NCBI GenBank assembly: GCA_938084645.1
Contig: CALKEP010000016.1
Coordinates: 1-22,037 of the forward strand
Direction of reading: 5' to 3'
Length of the DNA stretch: 22,037 nucleotides
Origin: an uncultured Phycisphaerales bacterium
GTDB lineage: Bacteria > Planctomycetota > Phycisphaerae > Phycisphaerales > SM1A02
The notes under the pieces were generated by a model, which was given only the letters and a program-made list of their open reading frames with translations, was not told where the DNA came from and ran no database searches. The translations under genes and the position numbers were made by a program. Below are positions 8,955-16,843 of this stretch, piece by piece (the stretch's first letter is position 1; each line of letters opens with the position of its first letter).

Positions 8955-9902
8955 ATGCCAGAGGCCTCCGCTCCCGTCTTTTCGACTGATCTTCCGTTGC
9001 CGGATCGCCGTCAGGGAAAGGTGCGCGACGTCTACCGGGTCCCGGTCGAGACCGGCCCCGATCAGGTCCTGATCGTCGCCACCGATCGACTCAGCGCGTT
9101 CGACGTGGTTCTCCCCACGCCGATCCCAGGGAAGGGACGGCTCCTCACGGAGGTGAGCCTCGGCTGGTTCGACTTCATCCGCGAACTCGAGTTGGTCGGC
9201 GATCACCTCATCTCCAGCGAACCGGCCGACGTCCCCGGACTCTCCCCCGCCGACCGCGAGATGCTCGAAGGCCGAATGATGCTGTGCCGGGCGGTCGAGG
9301 TGGTCCCCATCGAATGCGTCGCCCGCGGATACATCGCCGGCAGCGGCTGGCTCGAGTACCAGCGCTCCGGCACCGTCTGCGGCGTCCCGTTGCCCGAGGG
9401 GCTCGAGCGAAGCGGGCGTCTCCCCCAACCGATCTTCACGCCGGCGACGAAGGCGACCGAGGGACACGATGAGAACATCGACTTCGCCCGCTCGAGCGAG
9501 ATCGCGGGCGAAAGCCTGATGAACCAGCTTCGCGATCTCACGTTGGCGATCTACGACGCCGCGTCGGACTTCGCCGCCGCCCGTGGCGTGATTCTCGCGG
9601 ACACCAAGTTCGAATTCGGTCACGCCATCGATTTCGACGGCCTTGGATCGGGCGAGTTGCTGATCTGCGACGAGGTCCTCACCCCGGATTCCAGTCGGTA
9701 CTGGCCGGCGGAGTCCTACGAATCCGGTCGTGAGCAGGATTCCTTCGACAAGCAGTACGTGCGAAACCACCTGCTCGAACTCGTCGACCGTGGAGCGTGG
9801 AGCAAGGAACCGCCCGGCCCCGAACTTCCGGCCGACGTCGTCCATCGCACGATGGACCGGTATCGGGAAGCCGCGGATCGACTGTTCGGTCGCGATTTCT
9901 GA
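8955..9902 (+). CDS. purC: SAICAR synthase
   Basis: GKVRDVY, VATDRLSAFD, IPGKG, IECVARGYIAGSGW, IFTPATKA, ILADTKFEFG, DEVLTPDSSRYW, SFDKQYVR. Confidence 0.98.
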   Translation: MPEASAPVFSTDLPLPDRRQGKVRDVYRVPVETGPDQVLIVATDRLSAFDVVLPTPIPGKGRLLTEVSLGWFDFIRELELVGDHLISSEPADVPGLSPADREMLEGRMMLCRAVEVVPIECVARGYIAGSGWLEYQRSGTVCGVPLPEGLERSGRLPQPIFTPATKATEGHDENIDFARSSEIAGESLMNQLRDLTLAIYDAASDFAAARGVILADTKFEFGHAIDFDGLGSGELLICDEVLTPDSSRYWPAESYESGREQDSFDKQYVRNHLLELVDRGAWSKEPPGPELPADVVHRTMDRYREAADRLFGRDF

Positions 9903-9974
9903 TCACGACCCGCCGGATTCGACACACTGACCCGACCAGCGGTGGGTGAGACTCCGCGACGCCCGACCAGGACG

Positions 9975-10012
9975 AAAACGCCCCGCTTCGCGCACAAGCT
10001 GCGAAGCGGGGC
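9975..10012 (-). terminator. Rho-independent terminator, minus-strand oriented
   Basis: 12-bp perfect stem GCCCCGCTTCGC (9980-9991 / 10001-10012) followed on the minus strand by GTTTT. Confidence 0.7.
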
Positions 10013-10106
10013 AGATCGAATCACCCGGTTCAACTGCGCCGGACCGAATTTCCCGGAAGGGCTCGATGACGCGACAGACGGGGATCCAATCGAGGAGGCT
10101 CGTCGA
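9975..10106 (-). ncRNA. Candidate small RNA (~130 nt), unclassified
   Basis: Lies between the ECF terminator and a second minus-strand terminator; has its own TACTCT -10 box (10118-10113); CCTCCT near the 5' end; no convincing ORF. Confidence 0.4.
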
Positions 10107-10187
10107 CGCAGAAGAGTACGCAGGAATTCCTCGTTCGAAACCCATTTCGAGCCCGGAGTGGGTGTTCTCCCCATGCCTCCCGGCGAC

Positions 10188-10213
10188 AAAAAAACGCGCG
10201 TTCAACGCTCGCG
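10188..10213 (-). terminator. Terminator of the ECF sigma gene
   Basis: Minus strand CGC-GA-GCGT-TGA-ACGC-GCG followed by T7, 35 nt after the stop; short bulged stem. Confidence 0.55.
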
Positions 10214-10248
10214 AACTCAGAATGCGATCGGCCCGCGCCACTCGCCCG

Positions 10249-10797
10249 TCAACCCGTCTCGCGTCGGCCGTACCTTGCACGGAGCTTCTCGAGTCCGCGG
10301 TGCTTCCAGTTGTTGATCGTGGTCACGCTCACGCCGAGACTTCGTGCCGCTTCCGCGTAGCTCCGGCCTTCCACGACCACCAGCCGGATCGCGTCACGTT
10401 CGTCGCCGGCGAGCATCGAGAAGGCCTGGTCGAGTTCCTGAAGCTCCGCCACGATCTCGACCCCCGAGCGACAGCGGCGTTCCGACGCGAGCTCGTCCTG
10501 ACGCCGCAACCGTGGCGTGATCTGCTCCGCGAGAATCTCCCGCAACCGGACCGAGCGGGCGTATCGTCGACGAAGCAGATTCTGCACCACCTTGAAGAGA
10601 TAGCTGATGGAGAGATCGAGTTCCTCGAGCCGCGGATGCTGCAGCAGTCGCGTGAACGTCTCCTGCACCACGTCCTCCGCGGCCGCCGGATCGACCGACC
10701 GCCGTGCGAACGCGTACAGGGCATCGTGGTGACGCTCGAAGAGTTCGAGCACGATCTCCGCCCGCGGACGGGGGGAAGCACCCTCGGTCTCGGCCAT
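10249..10797 (-). CDS. ECF (group 4 sigma-70) RNA polymerase sigma factor
   Basis: Region 2 LFERHHDALYAFARR...AAAEDVVQETF; region 4 LAGDERDAIRLVVVEGRSYAEAARSLGVSVTTINNWKHRGLEKLR; about 182 aa from the ATG at 10797. Confidence 0.93.
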   Translation of the reverse strand: MAETEGASPRPRAEIVLELFERHHDALYAFARRSVDPAAAEDVVQETFTRLLQHPRLEELDLSISYLFKVVQNLLRRRYARSVRLREILAEQITPRLRRQDELASERRCRSGVEIVAELQELDQAFSMLAGDERDAIRLVVVEGRSYAEAARSLGVSVTTINNWKHRGLEKLRARYGRRETG

Positions 10798-10962
10798 GAC
10801 ACACCCACCTTCCGTGATCGCCCCTGATCGACGGCGGCCTGCGACCCGCTTCGGTGGCTGATCGCATCCCCGGATCTCTACGCAGATCGTGCGGGCGTTC
10901 ATGCAGGAATCACGGGATTTTCTTCAATCACCCCGGCGCGGCGGGGGCGACCCGCCGACGGA

Positions 10963-13155
10963 TCACCGACCTCGAAAGCCACCGCGACCGCCCATGGAAG
11001 GTCGCGAGAACGACCGCGAAGGCGTGGTGGGACGGACGGTGCGGACCGGCGTGGACCGCGTCACCGAGCGCGTTCGGGCGCGATGACTCGCATCGAGCCC
11101 GCCACGAACCGAATCGAATCGTTCGCGATTCGCGGATCCCGCGGTCGCCGGCACCCAACCGCCGTCCTGGTATCGCTTCCAACCGTCGTCATCACGTCGA
11201 TAGACGTTGCCGTCCGCACCGACGTAGCGATTCCCGTCGTACCGCGCGGTCGCGGTCCAACCGTCACCGCCTCGATTGCTGGCGACGCCGCGGTTCCCGT
11301 CGCTGGTCCGACCCGCCGCCACCGTCCCCCGCGCGTCGGTGACGTGTCCCGTGGAGACCCAGGTGCTTCCGTTGGTCGCGACGTTGCGCCCCCACTGGGC
11401 GTACGGATCCCGCGCCTGGTAGCCCCGTCCCGACCAACCCGTCGACGGATTCGTCCAACCGTAGCCGACCGCGCGCCCCGAAGGCCCGTAGTAGTTCCGA
11501 CTCGCGACGTAACGACCGGTCGACGCGTCGTACCAGCGGTTGTACCCCCAGACCGGCGGGCGACCCCAGTACCACCGCGGCCAGTAGTAGTACGGGTAGT
11601 AGTAGCCCGTGCCGTAGACGACGACCGAACCCGAGACGTACACCCCGGAATACCCCGCGGTGCAGCCGGTGACCACGGTGTCCTGATCGACGTCGTAGAT
11701 CCGGACGAACGTCACGTAGTACAGCGGGCTGTCGGGCGGGATGGTGTAGATCACGTCAGGAACTTCGGTGGCGACCTGCCACGGACCCGTCGCCTTCGGG
11801 GCCTTGAACCACACCGCGTGCTCGAGTGCGAAGAACCGTCCCTGGACCCGGATGACCGCGGTCTCGCTGTTCACCGCGTACTGCATCGGCGTGCCGGTGA
11901 TCGGCTGGAACTTGGGTGCACCGTCGTAGACCACCTCGAGCATCGCGGCGTCCCGATCGATCGCGGCGATCTCCGGGGTCTGGGCCATGGCCAGCGCCTC
12001 CTTGCTCGCGAGCGTCCCCGGCACCGAGGCCACCACGCGATGCGCCGCGTCTTCGACCGGAATCGATGCGAAGGTCGGGGGCACGTCGTCGGCGTCGATC
12101 ATCCTCCAGTCGGCGGACGGCGTCGACGCGGTGAACCAGCGGCCCGAGACCAGCAGGTAGTAGGTGGTGTCGTCGGTGTCGAGGAAGAGATCGCTGTCGG
12201 TGTTGATCGCCCGGAGCAAGGGTGTCCCCTCGACCCGGTTCCAGGTCGGGGCGCCATCGACGACCACGAGTTCGGCGGGCACCGAACTGCGAACGACCTC
12301 GGGAACGACCTCCGAGGACGTCTCCGCCGCGTCGTCCAGGCTCCTCACGGCTTCCTTCAGGTGCGCGAATCGGGGTTCGTCGGGAATCCGGTCGAACGCC
12401 GCCGGCAGCGACCGGCAGTCCTCCCATGCACCGGATTCCAGATCGCGGGTCTGCAACCAACCCACCCCGTCGAAGAGGTAGTAGACGCCCGAGACCTCGA
12501 ACAGCGGCCGGTCGGCATCCGCGACGAGCGTGATTCCATTCGCGATCGCCCGTCGCTTGATCCGATCCGGAAGCATCAGCAGAACGGTCGGGGACTCTCG
12601 ATAGATGATGACCGGCGCGTCCCCGGAAAGCGGCTCCTGCTCGACGTCGATCACGGTGTGATCACCGATCAGGCCCGTGAGCCGGGCGATCGGCATGGTG
12701 ACCGGGGCGCGGGGAACGGAACTTCGCACGAGTCCGTCGACGGTGTTCGACAAGGTCTCGTCGCCGAAGTTCGCGTGATCCAGTTCGAAGTTGTAGAGGG
12801 TCGCCTCGCCGGTCGAGCCGTTCGCGAGCACGTTCATGCGCAGGACCAGGCTTCCCGTGACCTCCGGTCGGCCGAGCCCGGGATCGATGCTGGTCGCGAT
12901 CGACGCGGTCAGTCGGTCGCCCTTCCAGAGATCGAGCTGGGGTCGTTGCAGGACCAGTACCGCGTCACCACGCTGGATCGAACGAGGCCACGCACGGGGC
13001 GCAGGCGTCTCGCGGCCCGCTTCGCTCGCGACCGCCCCGCCCGGCGCCGCCTGCACGGCGGTCATCGAAGCGACGGAGGTCGTCGTGGCGAGCGAAGACA
13101 GGGTGACCGCGAAGACGACGAGCCCCGGCCGGAACAACTTGATCAGATCGCGCAT
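10963..13155 (-). CDS. Secreted protein with three internal repeats and a Tyr/Trp/Gly/Arg-rich tail (type often labelled 'carbohydrate-binding family V/XII')
   Basis: SD GGAGG (13167-13163) before ATG 13155; signal-peptide-like MRDLIKLFRPGLVVFAVTLSSLA; AWPR motif; three repeats ending W...(L/V)P..(F/I)..IP; VVVYGTGYYYP; 730 aa. The upstream part of the ORF-track entry is an alternate frame of folD. Confidence 0.75.
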   Translation of the reverse strand: MRDLIKLFRPGLVVFAVTLSSLATTTSVASMTAVQAAPGGAVASEAGRETPAPRAWPRSIQRGDAVLVLQRPQLDLWKGDRLTASIATSIDPGLGRPEVTGSLVLRMNVLANGSTGEATLYNFELDHANFGDETLSNTVDGLVRSSVPRAPVTMPIARLTGLIGDHTVIDVEQEPLSGDAPVIIYRESPTVLLMLPDRIKRRAIANGITLVADADRPLFEVSGVYYLFDGVGWLQTRDLESGAWEDCRSLPAAFDRIPDEPRFAHLKEAVRSLDDAAETSSEVVPEVVRSSVPAELVVVDGAPTWNRVEGTPLLRAINTDSDLFLDTDDTTYYLLVSGRWFTASTPSADWRMIDADDVPPTFASIPVEDAAHRVVASVPGTLASKEALAMAQTPEIAAIDRDAAMLEVVYDGAPKFQPITGTPMQYAVNSETAVIRVQGRFFALEHAVWFKAPKATGPWQVATEVPDVIYTIPPDSPLYYVTFVRIYDVDQDTVVTGCTAGYSGVYVSGSVVVYGTGYYYPYYYWPRWYWGRPPVWGYNRWYDASTGRYVASRNYYGPSGRAVGYGWTNPSTGWSGRGYQARDPYAQWGRNVATNGSTWVSTGHVTDARGTVAAGRTSDGNRGVASNRGGDGWTATARYDGNRYVGADGNVYRRDDDGWKRYQDGGWVPATAGSANRERFDSVRGGLDASHRARTRSVTRSTPVRTVRPTTPSRSFSRPSMGGRGGFRGR

Positions 13156-13205
13156 GAAGGAACCTCCGGAGAGAGCGTGTTCGCCGGGCCGGGGATCTCG
13201 CCGGA

Positions 13206-14081
13206 TCACCGTCCGGCGGCATCCACGGTGTTTCGAAGCAGCATCGCCACGGTCATCGGGCCGACCCCGCCGGGCACCGGACTCAGGTGTCCCGCGACGG
13301 CGGCGACCCCGTCGTGGTCGACGTCCCCGACGGTTCGTCGCTTGCCGTCCGCCCCGACGATCCGATTGATGCCGACGTCCACGACGACCGCACCGGGCTT
13401 GACCATGTCGCGGGTGATGAGACCGGGCACGCCGGCGGCGCTGACCAGCACGTCCGCGGTCCGGGTCAGTCCGGCGAGATCCTCGGTGTACTTGTTGGTC
13501 GAGATGACCGTGGCTTCGGCACGCATCAGCAGCACCGCGATCGGCTTGCCGACGATGTTGCTCGCCCCGACGATCACGCATCGCTTGCCACGGAGTTCGA
13601 TCCCGGTGGATTCGATCATCTCCACCGAGGCGAGCGCGGTGCACGGCACCAGGCTGCGACGGCCGTAGACGATGTTCCCGATGTTCGCGGGGTTCACGCC
13701 CTCGACGTCCTTGGTCTCGTCGATGATCGACTGGATCCGCTCCGCTTCGACGCCATCGGGCAGCGGAAGGTGGACCATGATCGCCGTGACCATCGGATCG
13801 GCGTTGAGCGTGCCGATCAACCCTTCGACGTCGGTGGTGTCGGCGTCCGCGGGCAGCCGATGGAGGTGATACTCGATGCCGACCGCCGCACAGGTCTTTC
13901 GCTGGTTGTGGGCGTAGATGTCCGCGCCCTTGTCACCACCGGCGAGCACCGCGTCGAGTCGGACCGGCCGCTTGCCTTCGGCCACCCGACGGGCCACGGT
14001 CCGACGCACCTGGAAGGCGAGCTGCTTTCCGTCGATGGACGAGGCGTGCGGGGTGGTCGTGGGGTCGGAGGCGGCGGTCAT
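13206..14081 (-). CDS. folD: Methylenetetrahydrofolate dehydrogenase (FolD family), with substituted cyclohydrolase residues
   Basis: IDGK, HLPLP, KDVEG, PCTA, GASNIVGKP, VKPGAVVVDVGINR, GDVD, SPVPGGVGPMTVAMLLRNT. Confidence 0.95.
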   Translation of the reverse strand: MTAASDPTTTPHASSIDGKQLAFQVRRTVARRVAEGKRPVRLDAVLAGGDKGADIYAHNQRKTCAAVGIEYHLHRLPADADTTDVEGLIGTLNADPMVTAIMVHLPLPDGVEAERIQSIIDETKDVEGVNPANIGNIVYGRRSLVPCTALASVEMIESTGIELRGKRCVIVGASNIVGKPIAVLLMRAEATVISTNKYTEDLAGLTRTADVLVSAAGVPGLITRDMVKPGAVVVDVGINRIVGADGKRRTVGDVDHDGVAAVAGHLSPVPGGVGPMTVAMLLRNTVDAAGR

Positions 14082-14088
14082 CGGTACG

Positions 14089-14094
14089 AGGATA
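14089..14094 (-). promoter_or_regulatory. -10 box (TATCCT) of a probably leaderless folD
   Basis: TATCCT, 7 nt, ATG; no SD. Confidence 0.6.
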
Positions 14095-14161
14095 CCGCCT
14101 CATGACCGCTGAACCGGCAACCGAAGGCTCGTCCAGATCACCCGGCCCGGCCGGCGTCGAC

Positions 14162-14167
14162 TATCGT
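14162..14167 (+). promoter_or_regulatory. -10 box (TATCGT) of the probably leaderless TlpA-like paralog 1
   Basis: TATCGT, 6 nt, ATG at 14174. Confidence 0.55.
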
Positions 14168-14173
14168 TCCCGC

Positions 14174-15388
14174 ATGCCCACCCGAACCCGTCGAACCATG
14201 GGACATCTCGCCTTCGCCGGCAGCCTGCTCCTGGCCTCGCTTTCGACCGCCCCGACCGCCGGGCAGACGCCGATCCCGGACCAGTCCGGCGACGGCCAGG
14301 CCGCCCCGGTCGATCGCCCCATGGCACGCTCGAAGTACGCGCCGGACCCCTCGACCCTCCCGGAACTCCGAATGATCGGCACCCTCGCCCCGTCCCCCCC
14401 GCCGGGGACCATGATCGAGGGCGAGCCGGTCACCGCGTGGAACGACGACGGGCCCACGATCCTGGTCTTCTGGTCGCCGTTCGTGGGCGGTCGCACCGCC
14501 GAGCACCTCGCCCAGACCGCCGACGTGGGCCTTCAACTCGCCTCCGTCGACACCATCTCGATCGCGAGCGGTCCGCGACCCCGGATCGAGACGGTGCTCG
14601 ACACGCTACCGGGTCGCACCGCTTCCAAGCCGAGAACGGTCCACGACGATACCGGCGCCTGGAAGCGGACGATCCTCGACGCGACCGGCCAGACGCGTCT
14701 CCCCGCGGTGGTCGCCCTCGACGCCGATGGCCGGGTCATCTTCCACGGGCCGATGGACACCTCGACCATGGCGCTCGCGAACGTCGCGAGTGGCAAGTGG
14801 TCGGCCGATGCGTACCGGGACAACGTCCTCGAATACTTCGCCCGGCAGAACGCCTCGACGGCGCTGGCGGAGGTCAATGGCCGGGTCCGCCGAGGTACCG
14901 CGACCCCCGCGGACGCGATCGCCGTCGCCGACGAACTGATCGCGCTGGATCCCCGCAACGGCTCTCGACAGATCGCGAAGTTCGACATCCTGATCACGAG
15001 CGCCGCGGATCCGGAGGCCGGCTACGCCTATGGTCGGGAGATCGCCGCCCGCTTCCCCGACAACTACCTCATCCTGAACGATCTCGCGTGGCACACCGTC
15101 AATCTCCCCGACGTCGGCGAACGCGATCTCGATTTCGCGATGGAGATGTCCCGGCGTGCCAACGACCTCCAGGGCTACATGGACGACTCCACGCTCGACA
15201 CGCTGGCCCGGGTGTGGTGGATGCGGGGCGATGCCGCGGAAGCGATCCGCTGGCAGCGTCGCGCCGTCGCCCGGGCGCTCGACACCTGGCACGGGGACGC
15301 GACCCGGGCGAACCTCGATGCGTACACCGGCGGCTACGTCCAACCCGGTCAGCTTCCGCCGCCCTATCGCTCCGATCGACGTCCCTGA
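14174..15388 (+). CDS. Exported thioredoxin-fold (TlpA-like) plus TPR-like protein without CxxC
   Basis: Signal-peptide-like N-terminus; IGTLAP, ILVFWSPF, LPAVVALDADGRVIFHG align with the downstream TlpA; C-terminal LNDLAW...LDTLARVWWMRGD..EAIRWQRRAV. Confidence 0.75.
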   Translation: MPTRTRRTMGHLAFAGSLLLASLSTAPTAGQTPIPDQSGDGQAAPVDRPMARSKYAPDPSTLPELRMIGTLAPSPPPGTMIEGEPVTAWNDDGPTILVFWSPFVGGRTAEHLAQTADVGLQLASVDTISIASGPRPRIETVLDTLPGRTASKPRTVHDDTGAWKRTILDATGQTRLPAVVALDADGRVIFHGPMDTSTMALANVASGKWSADAYRDNVLEYFARQNASTALAEVNGRVRRGTATPADAIAVADELIALDPRNGSRQIAKFDILITSAADPEAGYAYGREIAARFPDNYLILNDLAWHTVNLPDVGERDLDFAMEMSRRANDLQGYMDDSTLDTLARVWWMRGDAAEAIRWQRRAVARALDTWHGDATRANLDAYTGGYVQPGQLPPPYRSDRRP

Positions 15389-15545
15389 CCCTCCCCTGGA
15401 CGCAGGAATCGAACCCCCGAACGCTCGAGTGGGGTCGATGCCTCCATTTCCAGTCTCGACGTCGGCATTCGTCCCGTCGGCGTTAGGATGGACACATCGC
15501 CTCGGACTCGCCGATCGCGATCCCCCGCCGGAGGTTCGGTTCAAC

Positions 15546-16718
15546 ATGAAACTGGTCACCATCATCGTCGCGACCGCCTGTCTCGCCCTGGCCGCGGTCG
15601 CCATCGCCCAGCACGCGCCGGCGCTCATCGGTGAACAGAAGCCGAGTCGTCCGCTGGTCGTCGACGCGGCGGTCGCGATCCCGCAGCCGAACCCCGACAC
15701 CAGGAACGCCGATCAGCCCCGGACGCTGACCATCGGCGACCCCGCCCCGAAGCCGAAGCTGGCGAGGATCTTCAAGGGCGCCACCGACTTCAAGGGTCCC
15801 ACCCCCGGCAAGGTCACGGTGATGGAATTCTGGGCGACGTGGTGCGGCCCCTGCAAGGCGGGCATGCCCCACCTCTCCGAACTCCAGGAGAAGTACGCGT
15901 CGAAGGGCGTGAACATCGTCGGCGTCACCCGGGAGAAGCCCGAGGTCGTCGAGGCGTTCCTCGCCCAGAAGCAGTGGGACGAGAAGACCCGCTACACGAT
16001 CGCCCTCGACTTCGAGGACGCGACCAGCAAGGCCTACATGACCGCGGCGAAGCGAAGCGGGATTCCCTGCGCCTTCGTGGTCGATGGTGAAGGCAGGATC
16101 GCCTGGATCGGTCATCCGATGAGCATGGACGAGCCGCTCGAGAAGATCGTCGCGGGCACCTGGGACCGGAAGGCGTTCGCGACCGAGTACGAGAACTCCC
16201 AGAAGGCCGCCCGCATCATGGCGGCGGTCCGGCAGGAGTCGCGGAACGCGCAGCGATCCGGCGACTACCGCGGCATGATGAAGACGCTCGACGCCGCGAT
16301 CGAGGAGATGCCCGAGGACACCGGCCTGCAGATGATGAAGTTCCAGACGATGATCGGGCCGATGAACGACCCCGAAGGCTACGACCTGGGTTGGAAGCTC
16401 CTCAAGCGGAATCGAGACGACGCGATGATGCTGAATTCCATCGCCTGGTACACCCTCGACGATCCCGCGGTGAGCGATCGCGACTTCGAATTCGCGATGG
16501 CGGTCGCCAAGGCGGCGAACACCGCCGCCGGCGGCAACAACGCCGCGATTCTCGACACCCTCGCCCGGGCGTACTACGAACAGGGCGATCTCGACATGGC
16601 GATCAAGATCCAGCGGAAGGCGGTCGAGAAGTCGGACGGTGGCTCGATGGCCGACGGCATCAAGACCCAGCTCCAGAAGTATCGGGACGAGGCGTCGAGC
16701 GGCCGCAAGGCCGGCTGA
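15546..16718 (+). CDS. Exported TlpA-family thiol-disulfide oxidoreductase with a C-terminal TPR-like domain
   Basis: SD GGAGG at 15530-15534; signal peptide MKLVTIIVATACLALAAVAIA; IGDPAP, EFWATWCGPC, GIPCAFVVDGEGRIAWIGHP; LNSIAW...ILDTLARAYYEQGD; putative -10 TAGGAT at 15484-15489. Confidence 0.9.
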   Translation: MKLVTIIVATACLALAAVAIAQHAPALIGEQKPSRPLVVDAAVAIPQPNPDTRNADQPRTLTIGDPAPKPKLARIFKGATDFKGPTPGKVTVMEFWATWCGPCKAGMPHLSELQEKYASKGVNIVGVTREKPEVVEAFLAQKQWDEKTRYTIALDFEDATSKAYMTAAKRSGIPCAFVVDGEGRIAWIGHPMSMDEPLEKIVAGTWDRKAFATEYENSQKAARIMAAVRQESRNAQRSGDYRGMMKTLDAAIEEMPEDTGLQMMKFQTMIGPMNDPEGYDLGWKLLKRNRDDAMMLNSIAWYTLDDPAVSDRDFEFAMAVAKAANTAAGGNNAAILDTLARAYYEQGDLDMAIKIQRKAVEKSDGGSMADGIKTQLQKYRDEASSGRKAG

Positions 16719-16742
16719 CCCCGCCCCGGACGAACTCTCGGA

Positions 16743-16792
16743 CGCACACGACACGCGGGCGACGCTTCGGCGACGCCCGCGTGTCGTGTGCG
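16743..16792 (+). repeat. Long inverted repeat capped by a C(UUCG)G tetraloop
   Basis: 19-bp perfect arms (16743-16761 / 16774-16792), an A/A mismatch, then CGC-TTCG-GCG. Confidence 0.8.
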
Positions 16793-16830
16793 CATCGACG
16801 GTGATGCACGCCGAGCGGCCCCTCGCGGAC

Positions 16831-16836
16831 TACCAT
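16831..16836 (+). promoter_or_regulatory. -10 box (TACCAT) of the probably leaderless DadA-like gene
   Basis: TACCAT, 7 nt, ATG; no SD. Confidence 0.6.
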
Positions 16837-16843
16837 TCGGATC

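Noticed and set aside
10052..10061. CCC-GGAA-GGG tetraloop resembling SRP RNA domain IV
   Set aside because: The flanking CAGG/AGCAG internal-loop motifs and the long rod are absent.
9716..10189. Minus-strand ORF with GGAGG next to an ATG (MGRTPTPG...)
   Set aside because: SD–ATG spacing is only 1 nt, and the ORF runs through a terminator and antisense into purC.
15403..15420. tRNA T-loop-like GGTTCGATTCC on the minus strand
   Set aside because: The T-stem is imperfect and no acceptor, D or anticodon arms can be built.
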